Position numbers and translations under genes: made by a program. This document shows, piece after piece, positions 27,229 through 37,482 of a stretch of DNA of 64,000 nucleotides. The notes below the pieces were generated by a model. That model was not told the DNA's origin, did no database searches, and saw nothing but the letters and a program-made list of their open reading frames with translations. Positions within the stretch are counted from its first letter, which is position 1. Each line of letters opens with the position of its first letter. The stretch lies in IMG/VR virus record IMGVR_UViG_3300028844_008248. The stretch is one strand, 5' to 3'. Source of the stretch: a virus.

Positions 27229-27620
27229 GTATTTTTTTCGTACTTGGCTTTTAGTCGTTCATATTCGAGAAGGTCTCGTTTCTCTTTTTTCTCTTTTCGC
27301 TTTGCATCTGATTTTTTCTTGGCAATTTTTGCAGAACGATTTCTTTTCATTCTAGTAGCCAATTCTTCGTCTGTTTCTTCTCTGTTATAAAAGACGTTGA
27401 ATGCACCTACTCCATCATCATAATTATATTCGGTAAAATAATCTAATGTAGAATCTTCCCCATATGTTTTACGGATGTCTTGTATTAATATAATAATTTC
27501 ATTAAGTGATTTTCCATCAAAGAGAGAATAACAAGTTCCTAAATATTTACTCTCTTTAATTATTTTCTTTTTCATAATCTTCACCTTTTGTTTTTGTATA
27601 TCCATGATTAAAAATATCAA
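27225..27620 (-). CDS. Hypothetical protein with basic C-terminus, 131 aa
   Basis: ORF. Confidence 0.45.
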   Translation of the reverse strand: MIFLIMDIQKQKVKIMKKKIIKESKYLGTCYSLFDGKSLNEIIILIQDIRKTYGEDSTLDYFTEYNYDDGVGAFNVFYNREETDEELATRMKRNRSAKIAKKKSDAKRKEKKEKRDLLEYERLKAKYEKNT

Positions 27621-27813
27621 AATAGTTATTAATCAATACGAACTCTTCATCATCAATATTTTTAATAATTACCCGGTTGTCTGCATAGTGTGGACTATAA
27701 TAGGTTTTACCTTCTAGCTGGATTTTTTCAAAATCCTCTTTTACTGCATCCATTCTTTCGACAGTTGGATTTTCTACAATCCACACTCCATTTTTATTTT
27801 CTGTTTTTTCCAT
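27556..27813 (-). CDS. Hypothetical protein, 85 aa
   Basis: ORF. Confidence 0.4.
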   Translation of the reverse strand: MEKTENKNGVWIVENPTVERMDAVKEDFEKIQLEGKTYYSPHYADNRVIIKNIDDEEFVLINNYFDIFNHGYTKTKGEDYEKENN

Positions 27814-27828
27814 TATAGATTCCTTTCG

Positions 27829-28398
27829 TTACCACGAAGTTTTAGAGTAAGCATTTTTATATGGGTTATATTCTTCTTCATCATCATCAGGTTCTTCTTT
27901 TTCAATTTCCACTATCGTATCAGTTTCTTCAACGATATTGAGTGATTTTTTTATATCCTCCCCAGAGATAGTGTTTACTTGTTTTGTAAATGATTCAGTA
28001 TGATTTTCGTCCGGTTCCGGCTGATGTTCATGTTTTGGGGGAGCATGTTCATCATGCATTTTTTGAATTTCATTGTGATATGATTGTGGAATCTTATCAT
28101 AAAATTCCGAAAATTCATCTTCAAATAATTCCCAAGTACAAATCTTAGCGAAATTTTTGTATGAAACTTTCTCCCAACATATATTATCAATATTCCATAA
28201 CTCAATACCATCATCATGTATTAAACTTTCTACGGAAAGTTTTCTATCTCCAAGTGGTATAAACGGGTCTTCACACAACGTAAGAATATTATTCTTTGCA
28301 TTCAACCTGAAACTGTCTAGAAAATGTTTCAGGTTATCATACAATATTTCTTTTGGTGATGGATTACTATAATTTTTTCTAACAGGAAATTTAATCAT
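27829..28398 (-). CDS. Hypothetical protein with acidic C-terminal tail, 189 aa
   Basis: ORF. Confidence 0.5.
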   Translation of the reverse strand: MIKFPVRKNYSNPSPKEILYDNLKHFLDSFRLNAKNNILTLCEDPFIPLGDRKLSVESLIHDDGIELWNIDNICWEKVSYKNFAKICTWELFEDEFSEFYDKIPQSYHNEIQKMHDEHAPPKHEHQPEPDENHTESFTKQVNTISGEDIKKSLNIVEETDTIVEIEKEEPDDDEEEYNPYKNAYSKTSW

Positions 28399-28404
28399 AA
28401 AATA

Positions 28405-28707
28405 TTAACTCCAGTATACATAGTTTGGTGTGATATCGTTAATAATAAAATCCCGAACAGAAATACGAACACTACCATCATAACCCAAAAATATATTATA
28501 CTGCATATTATTAACCAATTCAAATTCAAGATAAAACGCTTCTGCTGGATGTTCGTTTCCATTATATTTACAGTCCATCAATTCTTCGGTACAAACCTTT
28601 CTAGTGATACCAACTTTCGAAAGGTGTTTCATAATTGGTTTGAGGCTTTCCAATTGATTTTTGTTAAAATCGTTTTTATATTTTCCGTCAAAGTCTGAAG
28701 TTTTCAT
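28405..28707 (-). CDS. Hypothetical protein, 100 aa
   Basis: ORF. Confidence 0.45.
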   Translation of the reverse strand: MKTSDFDGKYKNDFNKNQLESLKPIMKHLSKVGITRKVCTEELMDCKYNGNEHPAEAFYLEFELVNNMQYNIFLGYDGSVRISVRDFIINDITPNYVYWS

Positions 28708-28709
28708 AA

Positions 28710-29459
28710 TTAGAGTTTCTCCGTTTGGGAAATGTGAAATACCGTTACCATCTTACGACCAGTCTTGATTTTTTCATCTCCATTTTCATCAAGCTTTTTG
28801 GTTTTGAAGTACGTTCCGATCTTAACACCCTTCTCACCTTTTTTAACGATGCGATCAAATTTATGTTTCCAGATATTGAAAGTAAAAACATCTTCTCTCG
28901 GAGTAGCTTCGATCCCTCGATTTTCAAAAGCGGAAATTACGATGTTATCATTTTCTTCCGACATATTCATTCTGGCTTTAACAAAAGAATCTTCTGCTTC
29001 AACTTTTTTTGCTTTGGTACTTTCAGAAACTTTTTTCGGAGCAGATTTTTTCTTTGCTTTGGCAACTGGTTTCTTTTTCTCTACCATCTTGTAAGGTTTG
29101 TTCCAATCACCAATTTTCAGGCTGTAGTAAAATGCACAATGGAAATAATCGGTCATGGAATCAGATTCATCCCAATGCTCTTTTGCAATGATATCAATCA
29201 TCTTTCTAAGTTTGTCTTGATGAGAATGGGGAAGAATATTTTCACCAGCATGATTAGTAACAACATTGTCAGTTTCAAACCAATGCTGATTTACTTCACG
29301 ATGATCTTTTCCGTTCAACTCAAAATCATACGGGCTTTCTAAAATCGTTACATGCACCCACGAATGGTTTTCGTTTCGAACTGAAAATTTGACTTCGGGG
29401 AAAGCTTTTTTCAGATTGTTTCGAATAACTCTAACTTCATCAGCACTAATATAAGCCAT
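28710..29459 (-). CDS. Hypothetical protein, 249 aa (Lys-rich central linker)
   Basis: ORF; early promoter 29513-29540. Confidence 0.5.
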   Translation of the reverse strand: MAYISADEVRVIRNNLKKAFPEVKFSVRNENHSWVHVTILESPYDFELNGKDHREVNQHWFETDNVVTNHAGENILPHSHQDKLRKMIDIIAKEHWDESDSMTDYFHCAFYYSLKIGDWNKPYKMVEKKKPVAKAKKKSAPKKVSESTKAKKVEAEDSFVKARMNMSEENDNIVISAFENRGIEATPREDVFTFNIWKHKFDRIVKKGEKGVKIGTYFKTKKLDENGDEKIKTGRKMVTVFHISQTEKL

Positions 29460-29512
29460 TTTGAAATTCCTTTGTTAAGTTGTTTTTAGATGTCTCACTC
29501 ACTTACAAAGAT

Positions 29513-29540
29513 AGTATATCATATAATATTGCATTGTCAA
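29513..29540 (-). promoter_or_regulatory. Early promoter TTGACA-N16-TATACT (minus)
   Basis: agtatatcatataatattgcattgtcaa. Confidence 0.6.
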
Positions 29541-29562
29541 GTAAAAATCCGAAAATGTGCAT

Positions 29563-29570
29563 ATAAATAC
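29563..29570 (+). promoter_or_regulatory. T4-type late promoter TATAAATA (plus) for structural operon 29611-33750
   Basis: catataaatac 41 nt upstream of ATG 29611; divergent from early promoter. Confidence 0.55.
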
Positions 29571-29610
29571 TAGGTAACTAGTAATTTATTCACCTATAAA
29601 CCACCAAAAT

Positions 29611-30204
29611 ATGTCGATTTTTACCAATATTAAAGAACTCGCTTCGAAACGGGGTATAAGCTTCCAGAAAAATGCTCGACAAGCCAAAACATGGTTTGCC
29701 AATAAAGCTAAATCTTTAGGAGGGAATATATCCGGTTCTAGGTTAATGTCTCAGACCAGAACCAGACAAGTTGGACGAAGACCGGATAGGGGAAACATGG
29801 TTCATTTTGTATATGATCCAAAGACCAAAAAACAGCTTCCGTTCTATGACAAATTTCCGTTGATATTTATTGTCGAAGTATATAAAGATGGCTTCTTAGG
29901 AATTAATCTACATTATTTACCACCCGGACTTCGATTAAAATTACTAGAAAAATTAACATCATTACAAACAAATAAAAAGTACGATGATCGAACAAAATTG
30001 CGTTTGTCATATCGTGTATTAACTGCAACAAGCAGGTTCAAAGAATTTCAACCAACTATCAAACGATATTTAACTTCACACGTAAGAAGTAGATTTTTAA
30101 AAATAGATGCTAACGAATGGCATATGGCGATTTTCTTACCCACTTCAAATTTTGCAAAAGCATCAAACCGTACCGTATGGAATGATTCAAGGAGAAAGAT
30201 ATAG
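29611..30204 (+). CDS. Late structural-module protein, 197 aa (basic), hypothetical
   Basis: First ORF after late promoter. Confidence 0.5.
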   Translation: MSIFTNIKELASKRGISFQKNARQAKTWFANKAKSLGGNISGSRLMSQTRTRQVGRRPDRGNMVHFVYDPKTKKQLPFYDKFPLIFIVEVYKDGFLGINLHYLPPGLRLKLLEKLTSLQTNKKYDDRTKLRLSYRVLTATSRFKEFQPTIKRYLTSHVRSRFLKIDANEWHMAIFLPTSNFAKASNRTVWNDSRRKI

Positions 30205-30756
30205 ATGTCATTAAAAGATTTCACTACATTAGTTACCGGAGAGCCGGGATTAAATTCGCCAACAAGATATAGAGTTGACATATTTCCACCAGAATTATTA
30301 TTAGCACAAGATTTAGAAAACGATGCTAATAACACAAATCCTCTTCGAGTAAATCAGACGATGCAAAAACAAATATCTATGTATTGTGCAGAGTTTGGGT
30401 TTCCTTCACAAAATTTAGCAACAGTGGAAAGTAGATATATCGGTAACACTAGAAAACTCCCATACCTAAAAACATACGAAGATTTGACCGCTATATTTTA
30501 TTGTTCTAAAGACCTAAGAGAATATAGATTTTTTCTGAAATGGCAAGAGTTAGCTATCGGAAAAGATCACGGAGTTAATTTTTATAATGATTATATTGGA
30601 ACAATAGAAGTATCACAATTAGATAAAGCAGATAAAGAACTTTATAAATTTCCAGCAATACAGGAAGTTTATCCTCTAACCGTTGCGGCTGTTCCAGTTG
30701 CGTATGTTAGAAATAATGAATTTTCACGTTGCGTAGTTACTTTCAACTGGCGTTAA
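30205..30756 (+). CDS. Late structural-module protein, 183 aa, hypothetical (possible tail-tube-fold baseplate protein)
   Basis: ATGA-type coupling with upstream ORF. Confidence 0.5.
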   Translation: MSLKDFTTLVTGEPGLNSPTRYRVDIFPPELLLAQDLENDANNTNPLRVNQTMQKQISMYCAEFGFPSQNLATVESRYIGNTRKLPYLKTYEDLTAIFYCSKDLREYRFFLKWQELAIGKDHGVNFYNDYIGTIEVSQLDKADKELYKFPAIQEVYPLTVAAVPVAYVRNNEFSRCVVTFNWR

Positions 30757-30783
30757 TATATTAATTAAATATGGAGAATTAAA

Positions 30784-31494
30784 ATGTTACCACAATTACA
30801 ACACCCAACTTATAAAATTAAGTTACCATCCAATAACAAAGAAATAAAATTTAGACCGTTCTTAGTTGGAGAAGAAAAAATATTACTAATGGCTATGGAA
30901 AGTAACAACCCAAATGAAGTTGTTACTGCGATAGAACAAATTATTAGAGCGTGTGTTATTACTGATATTGATGTATCAGATATGCCGATCCTCGATGCTG
31001 AATATTTTTTCCTTCACCTACGGGCTAAGAGTAAGGGCGAAGTTTTAGAATTAAAATACATGTGTACACATTGCGATAAACCGATTGAATTTGATTTGAA
31101 TATCGAAGATGTAAAAATTAAGAAGAATAAAAAACATAATAAAAAAATTCCTATTGAAGGTGATATAGGAATGGTTATGAAATATCCAACATTACAATTA
31201 GGAAATATGATCACAGAAGATAGTGATGATGTAAACAAAGTTGAACTTCAATTTAATATGATTAAATCTTGTATAGATTATGTATATGATAAAGAAGAAC
31301 TTCATTACTTTAAGGATCAAACCGCCGAAGAAATAGACCAGTTCATAAATAATCTTCCAGAGAAACCTATAGTAGAAGCTACTAATTTTCTAAATACCAT
31401 ACCAGAAGTTGTGTATAAAGATGAATTAATATGTTCTCATTGTTCTTTGAAAAACGATATAGTGATTAAAGGACTACAAAATTTTTTCGGATAA
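30784..31494 (+). CDS. Late structural-module protein with two CxxC pairs (possible baseplate hub assembly protein), 236 aa
   Basis: CTHCDKP … CSHCS. Confidence 0.5.
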   Translation: MLPQLQHPTYKIKLPSNNKEIKFRPFLVGEEKILLMAMESNNPNEVVTAIEQIIRACVITDIDVSDMPILDAEYFFLHLRAKSKGEVLELKYMCTHCDKPIEFDLNIEDVKIKKNKKHNKKIPIEGDIGMVMKYPTLQLGNMITEDSDDVNKVELQFNMIKSCIDYVYDKEELHYFKDQTAEEIDQFINNLPEKPIVEATNFLNTIPEVVYKDELICSHCSLKNDIVIKGLQNFFG

Positions 31495-31514
31495 GCCTTG
31501 GAGAAACTTCTTTA

Positions 31515-31688
31515 ATGAATATGTATATTTCAAATTTCAATATGATGCAAAATCATAATTATTCATTAACAGAATTAGAAAATATGTTACCTTGGGAAAG
31601 AGAAGTTTATATGAACTTACTTTCGGAACATATTAAAGAAGAGAATAGATTGATCAGTGAACAAAAACTGAAAATGAAATCTCACTAA
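31515..31688 (+). CDS. Unlisted small ORF, about 57 aa (MNMYISNFNMMQNHNYSLTELENMLPWEREVY…)
   Basis: Read from sequence; GGAG SD upstream. Confidence 0.35.
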   Translation: MNMYISNFNMMQNHNYSLTELENMLPWEREVYMNLLSEHIKEENRLISEQKLKMKSH

Positions 31689-31719
31689 AATCTTCAAGGC
31701 TATTACTAAAAGGAGAGTA

Positions 31720-32028
31720 ATGGAAACGATACAAGAACAACAGGTAAAAAATTCTGATCTAGAAAAAGCTAAAATAGAACTTGCTTTATTCAAGAGAAAA
31801 TCAGAAGCGGAGTTTCAAAGAGATAAAGCTAAATGGACAAACCGCCGGAGGATGGCATGGGTGTCACTTAGTCTTCTTATATTGATGACTGTATATTTAT
31901 TTCATTATATGGAATTGCCCAGAATAGAAGCACTTAAAGGAATTATAGAATGGACATATACAGTGTTCGCAACTGTTGTACTTGCTTATTTAGGATTTGC
32001 AACATGGCAGGATGTTAAAAAGGGATAA
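31720..32028 (+). CDS. Membrane/coiled-coil small protein, 102 aa
   Basis: GGAG SD; two hydrophobic segments. Confidence 0.45.
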   Translation: METIQEQQVKNSDLEKAKIELALFKRKSEAEFQRDKAKWTNRRRMAWVSLSLLILMTVYLFHYMELPRIEALKGIIEWTYTVFATVVLAYLGFATWQDVKKG

Positions 32029-32031
32029 CTA

Positions 32032-33750
32032 ATGGCAGAGCCGAAAAAAACTTTATTAGAACGTGACGTAGAAGCTACGTCTAAAACACTTAAAAAAGTT
32101 ACAGAAAAATTAAATGTTCTATTACCAAAACAACAAGTTGGTTTTGAATCCATTGCTGAATCTATCAAGGAAGCAAATAAACTAACTAAGAAATCTGGTA
32201 AGGATTTTTCTGATGCTGGAAAAGAATTTAATAGCCAGTTAGATGATATTGTTAAGACTTCCAAGAGTGCAAGCCGGGACGATTTGATTGTTCAAAGAAA
32301 ACGCCTCAACGAAATTCTTGGAACTATTAAAGATACTGTTACTGATGAATCAGAACGCCAAGCTATCCTTGATAATTTTGACTCTGTTAAAAAACAAATA
32401 CAAACTAACATATCCTTTCAATCACAAGTATTTGAACAACTTGAGAAAGGAATTTCTAGACAAGTAACAGATGGTATTGCTATTATATCTTCTATTGCTT
32501 CTGATAGTCCGTTGGTTGGGTTTGTGTTTAATAATATAATTGCCGCAACTGGTTCTTTGTTTAATACAATACGAGAAAAACGAAAAAGAGATAAAGAAAT
32601 TGCTATTGCTGATTTAAAACAAATTAAGGATAGATCAAAACAAACTCTTGCTGAAAAAAAGAAGTTACTGAAAGACGAACAAGAAAAGAAAGAAGAAAAG
32701 AAAGAAGAAAAAGAAGAACGAAAAAGAAGAAAAGAATCAGATGAAAAAAGAACTAGAATAAGAACTACCAACAAAGTTATATTAAGTGAAATAAAATTAG
32801 AAACAATAAACACAAATTCATTGTTAGAAAATATTTCTAGTATGTTTGGTATGCAACAAAAACGTGAAGAACGAGTGTTGTCTACTACACGGGCGAGAGC
32901 ATCCGAAGAGAAATTAGAATCTTCTACTGAAGAAGTTTCTTCACCAGCCACATCATCTATTATACAACAAAAAATAGCTGGTGGTGGAGATGGTATTTTA
33001 GGATTTTTTGGAATCAGTCTAGCTGGATTGATGACCGGAATAATGTCTGTTATGGGAGGTATAGGAGCATTGTTAATTAGTGGTCCTGTGTTGGTTGCTC
33101 TTGCTGGATTGGCTACGGCTGGGATTGCTACGTTATTCAAAGATGAAATTCTTGGATTTGGTAAGGGAGTAAAAGAATTTATTAACGAAACTTTTGGAGT
33201 GAACTTAACATTTATAGATGATCTTCTAGAAGGGTTCGAAAAATTTGCAGATGGAATTACTAATTTCTTTCAAGGAAATTTTCTAAAAGGAATTGGACAA
33301 GTTCTGGAGTCGGTATTTACAACGGCAGGTAATACAATGATACGTGCTATTTCTAGAATGCTTGGTAAAATCGCCGGGACATTAGGATTGGATAATAGTT
33401 TTATAATGGACATTATAGAAAAGGGTAAGAAATTTAGTATTGGTGATAGTATCAAAAATTTGTTTGGTATTACTCCAGATAATATTAGTTCTAAAACTAC
33501 CAACCCAAAAACACCAACACCTGTTAGTGCGAATCAAGAAAAATCTATCAACAAATTAATTGATGATCTAGCCAACCTTTCTGCAAAACGAGATACAGAA
33601 ATTCAATCTTTAGTTGGTAGAACTCAAGGTCAATTGGCAAATATAATCGATAGTAAAACTATCAATACAAACAACATCAGTAATAGTTCCACAATTACAT
33701 CTTCACCAATCAACACATCTAACAACGAAACAGACGTACTTAAAAACTAA
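32032..33750 (+). CDS. Tape-measure-like / baseplate hub protein (T4 gp29-like), 572 aa
   Basis: Long coiled-coil K/E-rich region, Gly-rich hydrophobic segment, size close to T4 gp29 (590 aa); assignment by architecture only. Confidence 0.4.
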   Translation: MAEPKKTLLERDVEATSKTLKKVTEKLNVLLPKQQVGFESIAESIKEANKLTKKSGKDFSDAGKEFNSQLDDIVKTSKSASRDDLIVQRKRLNEILGTIKDTVTDESERQAILDNFDSVKKQIQTNISFQSQVFEQLEKGISRQVTDGIAIISSIASDSPLVGFVFNNIIAATGSLFNTIREKRKRDKEIAIADLKQIKDRSKQTLAEKKKLLKDEQEKKEEKKEEKEERKRRKESDEKRTRIRTTNKVILSEIKLETINTNSLLENISSMFGMQQKREERVLSTTRARASEEKLESSTEEVSSPATSSIIQQKIAGGGDGILGFFGISLAGLMTGIMSVMGGIGALLISGPVLVALAGLATAGIATLFKDEILGFGKGVKEFINETFGVNLTFIDDLLEGFEKFADGITNFFQGNFLKGIGQVLESVFTTAGNTMIRAISRMLGKIAGTLGLDNSFIMDIIEKGKKFSIGDSIKNLFGITPDNISSKTTNPKTPTPVSANQEKSINKLIDDLANLSAKRDTEIQSLVGRTQGQLANIIDSKTINTNNISNSSTITSSPINTSNNETDVLKN

Positions 33751-33756
33751 AAAGAC

Positions 33757-33795
33757 GGTAGTAGGGACTTGGCCCTTGCTACCGTCTTTAGTATC
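33757..33795. terminator. Bidirectional terminator hairpin between convergent gene 32 and late operon
   Basis: gacggtagtagggacttggcccttgctaccgtc followed by TTT. Confidence 0.6.
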
Positions 33796-33815
33796 ATGTA
33801 GGATTCCCTACACGA

Positions 33816-34727
33816 TTATTTTGCTGTTCTTTGTGCTAACTCTTCAAACTCTTCCATATTAAAATCCTGTTCATCTAAATCAGAATCAGCCTCACTAACA
33901 GGTGCTGGTGTTTCTAATTGTGGTTTAGCCATAGGTACATTAGCCATAGGTACACTCATGTCTAATCCATGAGGATTTTCCCCCAACACTTTAGTCAATC
34001 TAGCTTTAAGTTCCTCGTAAGTTTTAAAATTACTAGGCTCTGTAAACTCGGTCAAACTAACTAATTGTGGTTCGATTACAGCTTGATCTTCTAAGCTAAC
34101 CGGAGTACAAGGTTGAAAGTCTGATGAATCATAGTTAACAAACTTATTAACCATTTTTGCTTCTAAGGTAAAGTTAGCTCCTGTGTCATAATCAAACGGA
34201 ATAAATGCTTTCACCCCTTTGTGTTTTTTTGCATATTCATCGGGGTTCATTACATCGTTAATCTTATTAAATATTTTCTTTCCATATTTATAAAGAAAAA
34301 CTTTTCCCTCGTTTTGGGGATTTTCTGGGTCTTCTATAACCAATATATTAGAGATAAAAACTTGTTTTCGTTTTTGCTCTCTTGCAATATTTTGATTAGA
34401 TTCCAACCCGGTATCCCATAGTCGAGAATTTAATTCTCCACAAGGATCAGCTATACCATTTCCCAAACTAGTTCTAGAGTTCTCAATATACCATTGACCA
34501 TTATTCTTATTCTTGAACGAATGGGTATAGTATTTGACAATTGGCAACGAGTCATCTTCGTGCGGAGGTAAAAATCTAATTACCGCATAACCATTTCCGG
34601 TTGCTTTGTCTCTTGTTAATGTCCAGAATCTTTCATCTGTGAAATTTTTCTTACCAGAAGAAATCTTAGTGCATTCTTCTATCATACCTTTTTTCCATGC
34701 ATCTTTGTCTTGCTTACGTGTACTCAT
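33816..34727 (-). CDS. gp32: Single-stranded DNA-binding protein (T4 gp32 family), 303 aa
   Basis: GNGYAVIRFLP… motif and ENEGKVFLYKYGKKIFNKIN match gp32 core ([31 protein letters not shown]); acidic C-terminal tail. Confidence 0.85.
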   Translation of the reverse strand: MSTRKQDKDAWKKGMIEECTKISSGKKNFTDERFWTLTRDKATGNGYAVIRFLPPHEDDSLPIVKYYTHSFKNKNNGQWYIENSRTSLGNGIADPCGELNSRLWDTGLESNQNIAREQKRKQVFISNILVIEDPENPQNEGKVFLYKYGKKIFNKINDVMNPDEYAKKHKGVKAFIPFDYDTGANFTLEAKMVNKFVNYDSSDFQPCTPVSLEDQAVIEPQLVSLTEFTEPSNFKTYEELKARLTKVLGENPHGLDMSVPMANVPMAKPQLETPAPVSEADSDLDEQDFNMEEFEELAQRTAK

Positions 34728-34802
34728 TTAATTCTCCGTTAATGTTTGTATTAGTTCGTAATTGATTGATACAGACATAACAAAGATACTGCTTTCATCA
34801 CT

Positions 34803-35108
34803 TCATAATATAGGTACTTTTTCCTTCTTTTGCTCTTGATAAAACTTGGTTGTGGTATCAGTTACTCTAACCGGAATTGGTTTATTGTAAAGTGTTCGAA
34901 TATTTTTTGGAATGGGACTTGCACCCAATCTATGACCTCGATCACGCATTACAATAAAATTAAACAATCTAAATGGATCGTCAGTTTTACGTTCCGTGTT
35001 GAATGGCTTGTTCAATTCGTCACGGGAAGCTTTTGCATCCATCTTGTTTACAAATCCAGCTTGAATAACTGTACCACTTGCAACACTCACAACTCTAAAT
35101 AAACTCAT
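34803..35108 (-). CDS. Hypothetical protein, 101 aa
   Basis: ORF. Confidence 0.4.
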   Translation of the reverse strand: MSLFRVVSVASGTVIQAGFVNKMDAKASRDELNKPFNTERKTDDPFRLFNFIVMRDRGHRLGASPIPKNIRTLYNKPIPVRVTDTTTKFYQEQKKEKVPIL

Positions 35109-35123
35109 AATATAATTCCTCTC

Positions 35124-35666
35124 TCAATTCATACATAATGTACTTACAATATTATCATTCGTCAATTGTTTTCCATAATCACTTACATCAAAATCTATAA
35201 AAGTTTCTTCAATATTTGTAATAAACATATGGGAATCAGTTTCATCTTGATCCTTTATTTCTATGATCCCTTCCCGCCGGAAAGATTCAAATTGTATTGC
35301 TATCTGGAAACTACTCATATACTTCATAACAAGGGTCGTATCTAATTCCATATCAGGCTTTTCTTTCATCATACATTTTACACCCAATGTCAAGAATATA
35401 CGAATAATATCATTAGATAAACTCTCTTCCGCTAATTCCAAAACATCTTCTTTGGCTTTACCTTGTGCGTTAACAACAGATTCCATAAATCCCAACGACC
35501 CTTCGATCAAGGCACCCAATTGGGAATCTGTTATTGTGGTCAGATATAATCCTGTTCCAATATCCCCACCAATACAATAAAATTCATCGGTAAAATAACT
35601 ATTATACAATTCGTTATTTTTTAATGGATGATTTTCATCATCTGGATTATCGTTAAAATTAAACAT
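35124..35666 (-). CDS. Hypothetical protein (start trimmed to ATG at 35666; ORF-track N-terminus overlaps gp59 gene)
   Basis: Overlap of 89 nt with gp59-like ORF resolved by internal Met. Confidence 0.45.
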   Translation of the reverse strand: MFNFNDNPDDENHPLKNNELYNSYFTDEFYCIGGDIGTGLYLTTITDSQLGALIEGSLGFMESVVNAQGKAKEDVLELAEESLSNDIIRIFLTLGVKCMMKEKPDMELDTTLVMKYMSSFQIAIQFESFRREGIIEIKDQDETDSHMFITNIEETFIDFDVSDYGKQLTNDNIVSTLCMN

Positions 35667-36210
35667 ATTTTTCCATAAATGGTCTGTATTTTTCACAGCG
35701 TAGTTTATATTTTTTCCATAAAAACGGTTCCGGCATACTGTTATCACACAACTCTGAGAATTTAAATTTGTTGTCTAGTAATATAAAACTCTCTATATTT
35801 ATTTTATTTTTCAACAATAAATCAAAAAGAAATGGATATCCTTGTTTTGTCTTCTTTTCGATTATATTTTCTTCGGTGATTTCATAATCCCGCATTGCAG
35901 TTTTCAACCTATAATCACACGCCTGTATATCAGAACACCACTTCAAATAAATATCATAATCAAATTCATATATACTGTTTTTATCGTTTATAAAATTTGC
36001 TATCATATATTTAATTATTTCTTCAACATTATAATTAAACTTTTTTCGCAAATATTCGAAACAGTTTTTATCTTTACGGGCTTCAAAATCAGAAAATGAT
36101 AAATTACTTAACTTTCCTTTATACTTAAAAAAGTCGTATGATTCTACTGTGAAGTGAGTTTTCAATGCACAATAAATCGAATATACTCCGAATGCAGAAA
36201 TTACTTTCAT
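35659..36210 (-). CDS. gp59: DNA helicase loader (T4 gp59 family), 183 aa
   Basis: N-terminal …YDFFKYKGKLSNLSF…KNCFEYLRKKFN… resembles gp59 (…IKYNW…RRDKYFFQKLSEKY…); adjacent to gene 32. Confidence 0.6.
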   Translation of the reverse strand: MKVISAFGVYSIYCALKTHFTVESYDFFKYKGKLSNLSFSDFEARKDKNCFEYLRKKFNYNVEEIIKYMIANFINDKNSIYEFDYDIYLKWCSDIQACDYRLKTAMRDYEITEENIIEKKTKQGYPFLFDLLLKNKINIESFILLDNKFKFSELCDNSMPEPFLWKKYKLRCEKYRPFMEKYV

Positions 36211-36426
36211 CTATGATCCAAATTCACTTGCAACTGCTGAATATAAATCACCCATCATCTCAAGACAATCAGACTCCGAAATTCCCTTGTCGGTCAATCT
36301 ATCATAAACACTAATAAAAGTATCTCGGCAATCTTGTTTCCACCAATCGCCTGTTGATGATAATTCTTCTACAATAACATCAACAGGATGAATATTAATA
36401 TTTTCTTCGCTCATAATAAACTCCAC
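36211..36426 (-). CDS. Hypothetical acidic protein, 71 aa
   Basis: ORF. Confidence 0.4.
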   Translation of the reverse strand: MEFIMSEENINIHPVDVIVEELSSTGDWWKQDCRDTFISVYDRLTDKGISESDCLEMMGDLYSAVASEFGS

Positions 36427-36429
36427 TTA

Positions 36430-36690
36430 TTAAATTGGCAACCTTGGAGATACATCTACTAGTAAATGTAAATCATATGCATCGTGATATAATTTTGTTT
36501 TAAGTGCATCTCCAACATATGGAACAACATCTAATATATCATAATTAGATTCTTTACAAAATTGAACTACAGCATCAATATAATTACACCCTAGTTCGAT
36601 TTTGATATCTTCAATCTTCGATAAAAATTCCATCTGTGTAATAAATAATTCTAGGGTTTCTTCTACCTCTACTTCCGTTGCAGTACTCAT
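36430..36690 (-). CDS. Hypothetical protein, 86 aa
   Basis: ORF. Confidence 0.4.
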   Translation of the reverse strand: MSTATEVEVEETLELFITQMEFLSKIEDIKIELGCNYIDAVVQFCKESNYDILDVVPYVGDALKTKLYHDAYDLHLLVDVSPRLPI

Positions 36691-36911
36691 TTAGATGTAC
36701 CGCCATTAAACAATAAATAATTAACCATTATATTAAGTACAATTGATTGGGCAATATTAATAGCTGGCAACCCGAATAAAACAGGTACTATAAAATTCCA
36801 ACAATAAAATACAATAATCCCCGAAATAGTGACTCGTATTAAGAATAAAATTATGGCATGTCCCATAACATTAAACCATTCACCCCAATTAAATTTTTCC
36901 ATGTTATTCAT
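36687..36911 (-). CDS. Small membrane protein, 74 aa
   Basis: Two hydrophobic helices. Confidence 0.4.
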   Translation of the reverse strand: MNNMEKFNWGEWFNVMGHAIILFLIRVTISGIIVFYCWNFIVPVLFGLPAINIAQSIVLNIMVNYLLFNGGTSK

Positions 36912-37482
36912 TCCAATAAAAAATATGCGTACCTATATATTTTCTTTGCGAGAAAATATTTCTCCACACGGGTTTAACATAATTAGCATGATAATTTAAT
37001 GCTCCATGTGTCGGATCATTTTCCTTCGAGTAATATTTCAAAATATAATCCGCAACACTTTTGGAAGTAGCCCATGCTAATTTATCTTTTGGATCATCCA
37101 ATTTCCCATCCATCGTCCATGAAAACATTGGAACCAGTTTCTTAGTTTTTCTGTTTCGTCTTTTTTCCCAAACAACTTTACATATTGTGGATGGATATTT
37201 GTAAGATAATAGTCTGTTAATCGTAACATATCCAATGGCAATTTGACCATCCATATTTTCATTTCTTGATTCCCAATAAATATTTAGTGCCAAACATCTT
37301 CGATCCTTTTTTGTCAAACTAGATTTGAAAGATGGTTTAACAGCAACCCTTTTCTTAAAAGCAATTTCTTTTTTTACTGCAACTTGCTTTGATACTGTTG
37401 TGTGTGCTGGTTGAATAAAAATTACCAACGCCAGAATAGTAATCACATAAGAAAAAAATAATTTCATTGGGACTCCGATCAT
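36904..37482 (-). CDS. Secreted cell-wall hydrolase, SleB/Hydrolase_2-like, 192 aa
   Basis: N-terminal signal peptide; …LALNIYWESRNENMDGQIAIGYVTINRL… SleB-type motif. Confidence 0.55.
   Translation of the reverse strand: MIGVPMKLFFSYVITILALVIFIQPAHTTVSKQVAVKKEIAFKKRVAVKPSFKSSLTKKDRRCLALNIYWESRNENMDGQIAIGYVTINRLLSYKYPSTICKVVWEKRRNRKTKKLVPMFSWTMDGKLDDPKDKLAWATSKSVADYILKYYSKENDPTHGALNYHANYVKPVWRNIFSQRKYIGTHIFYWNE

Noticed and set aside
28725-29342. 205-aa plus-strand ORF antisense to 28710..29459
   Set aside because: The Phe/Ile-rich low-complexity translation is typical of AT-rich antisense frames; the minus gene has the promoter and continuity
32418-33503. Minus-strand ORFs 32418..33140 (240 aa) and 33270..33503 inside the plus-strand tape-measure-like gene
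   Set aside because: They are antisense shadows of a repetitive K/E-rich gene in a late plus-strand operon
35124-35747. ORF-track 207-aa extent overlapping gp59 by 89 nt
   Set aside because: The overlap is resolved by an internal Met at 35666; the upstream extension is unlikely to be translated
36904-37482. Calling the SleB-like protein the definitive endolysin
   Set aside because: A signal peptide and a second M15-like candidate make the assignment ambiguous; it is reported only as a cell-wall hydrolase
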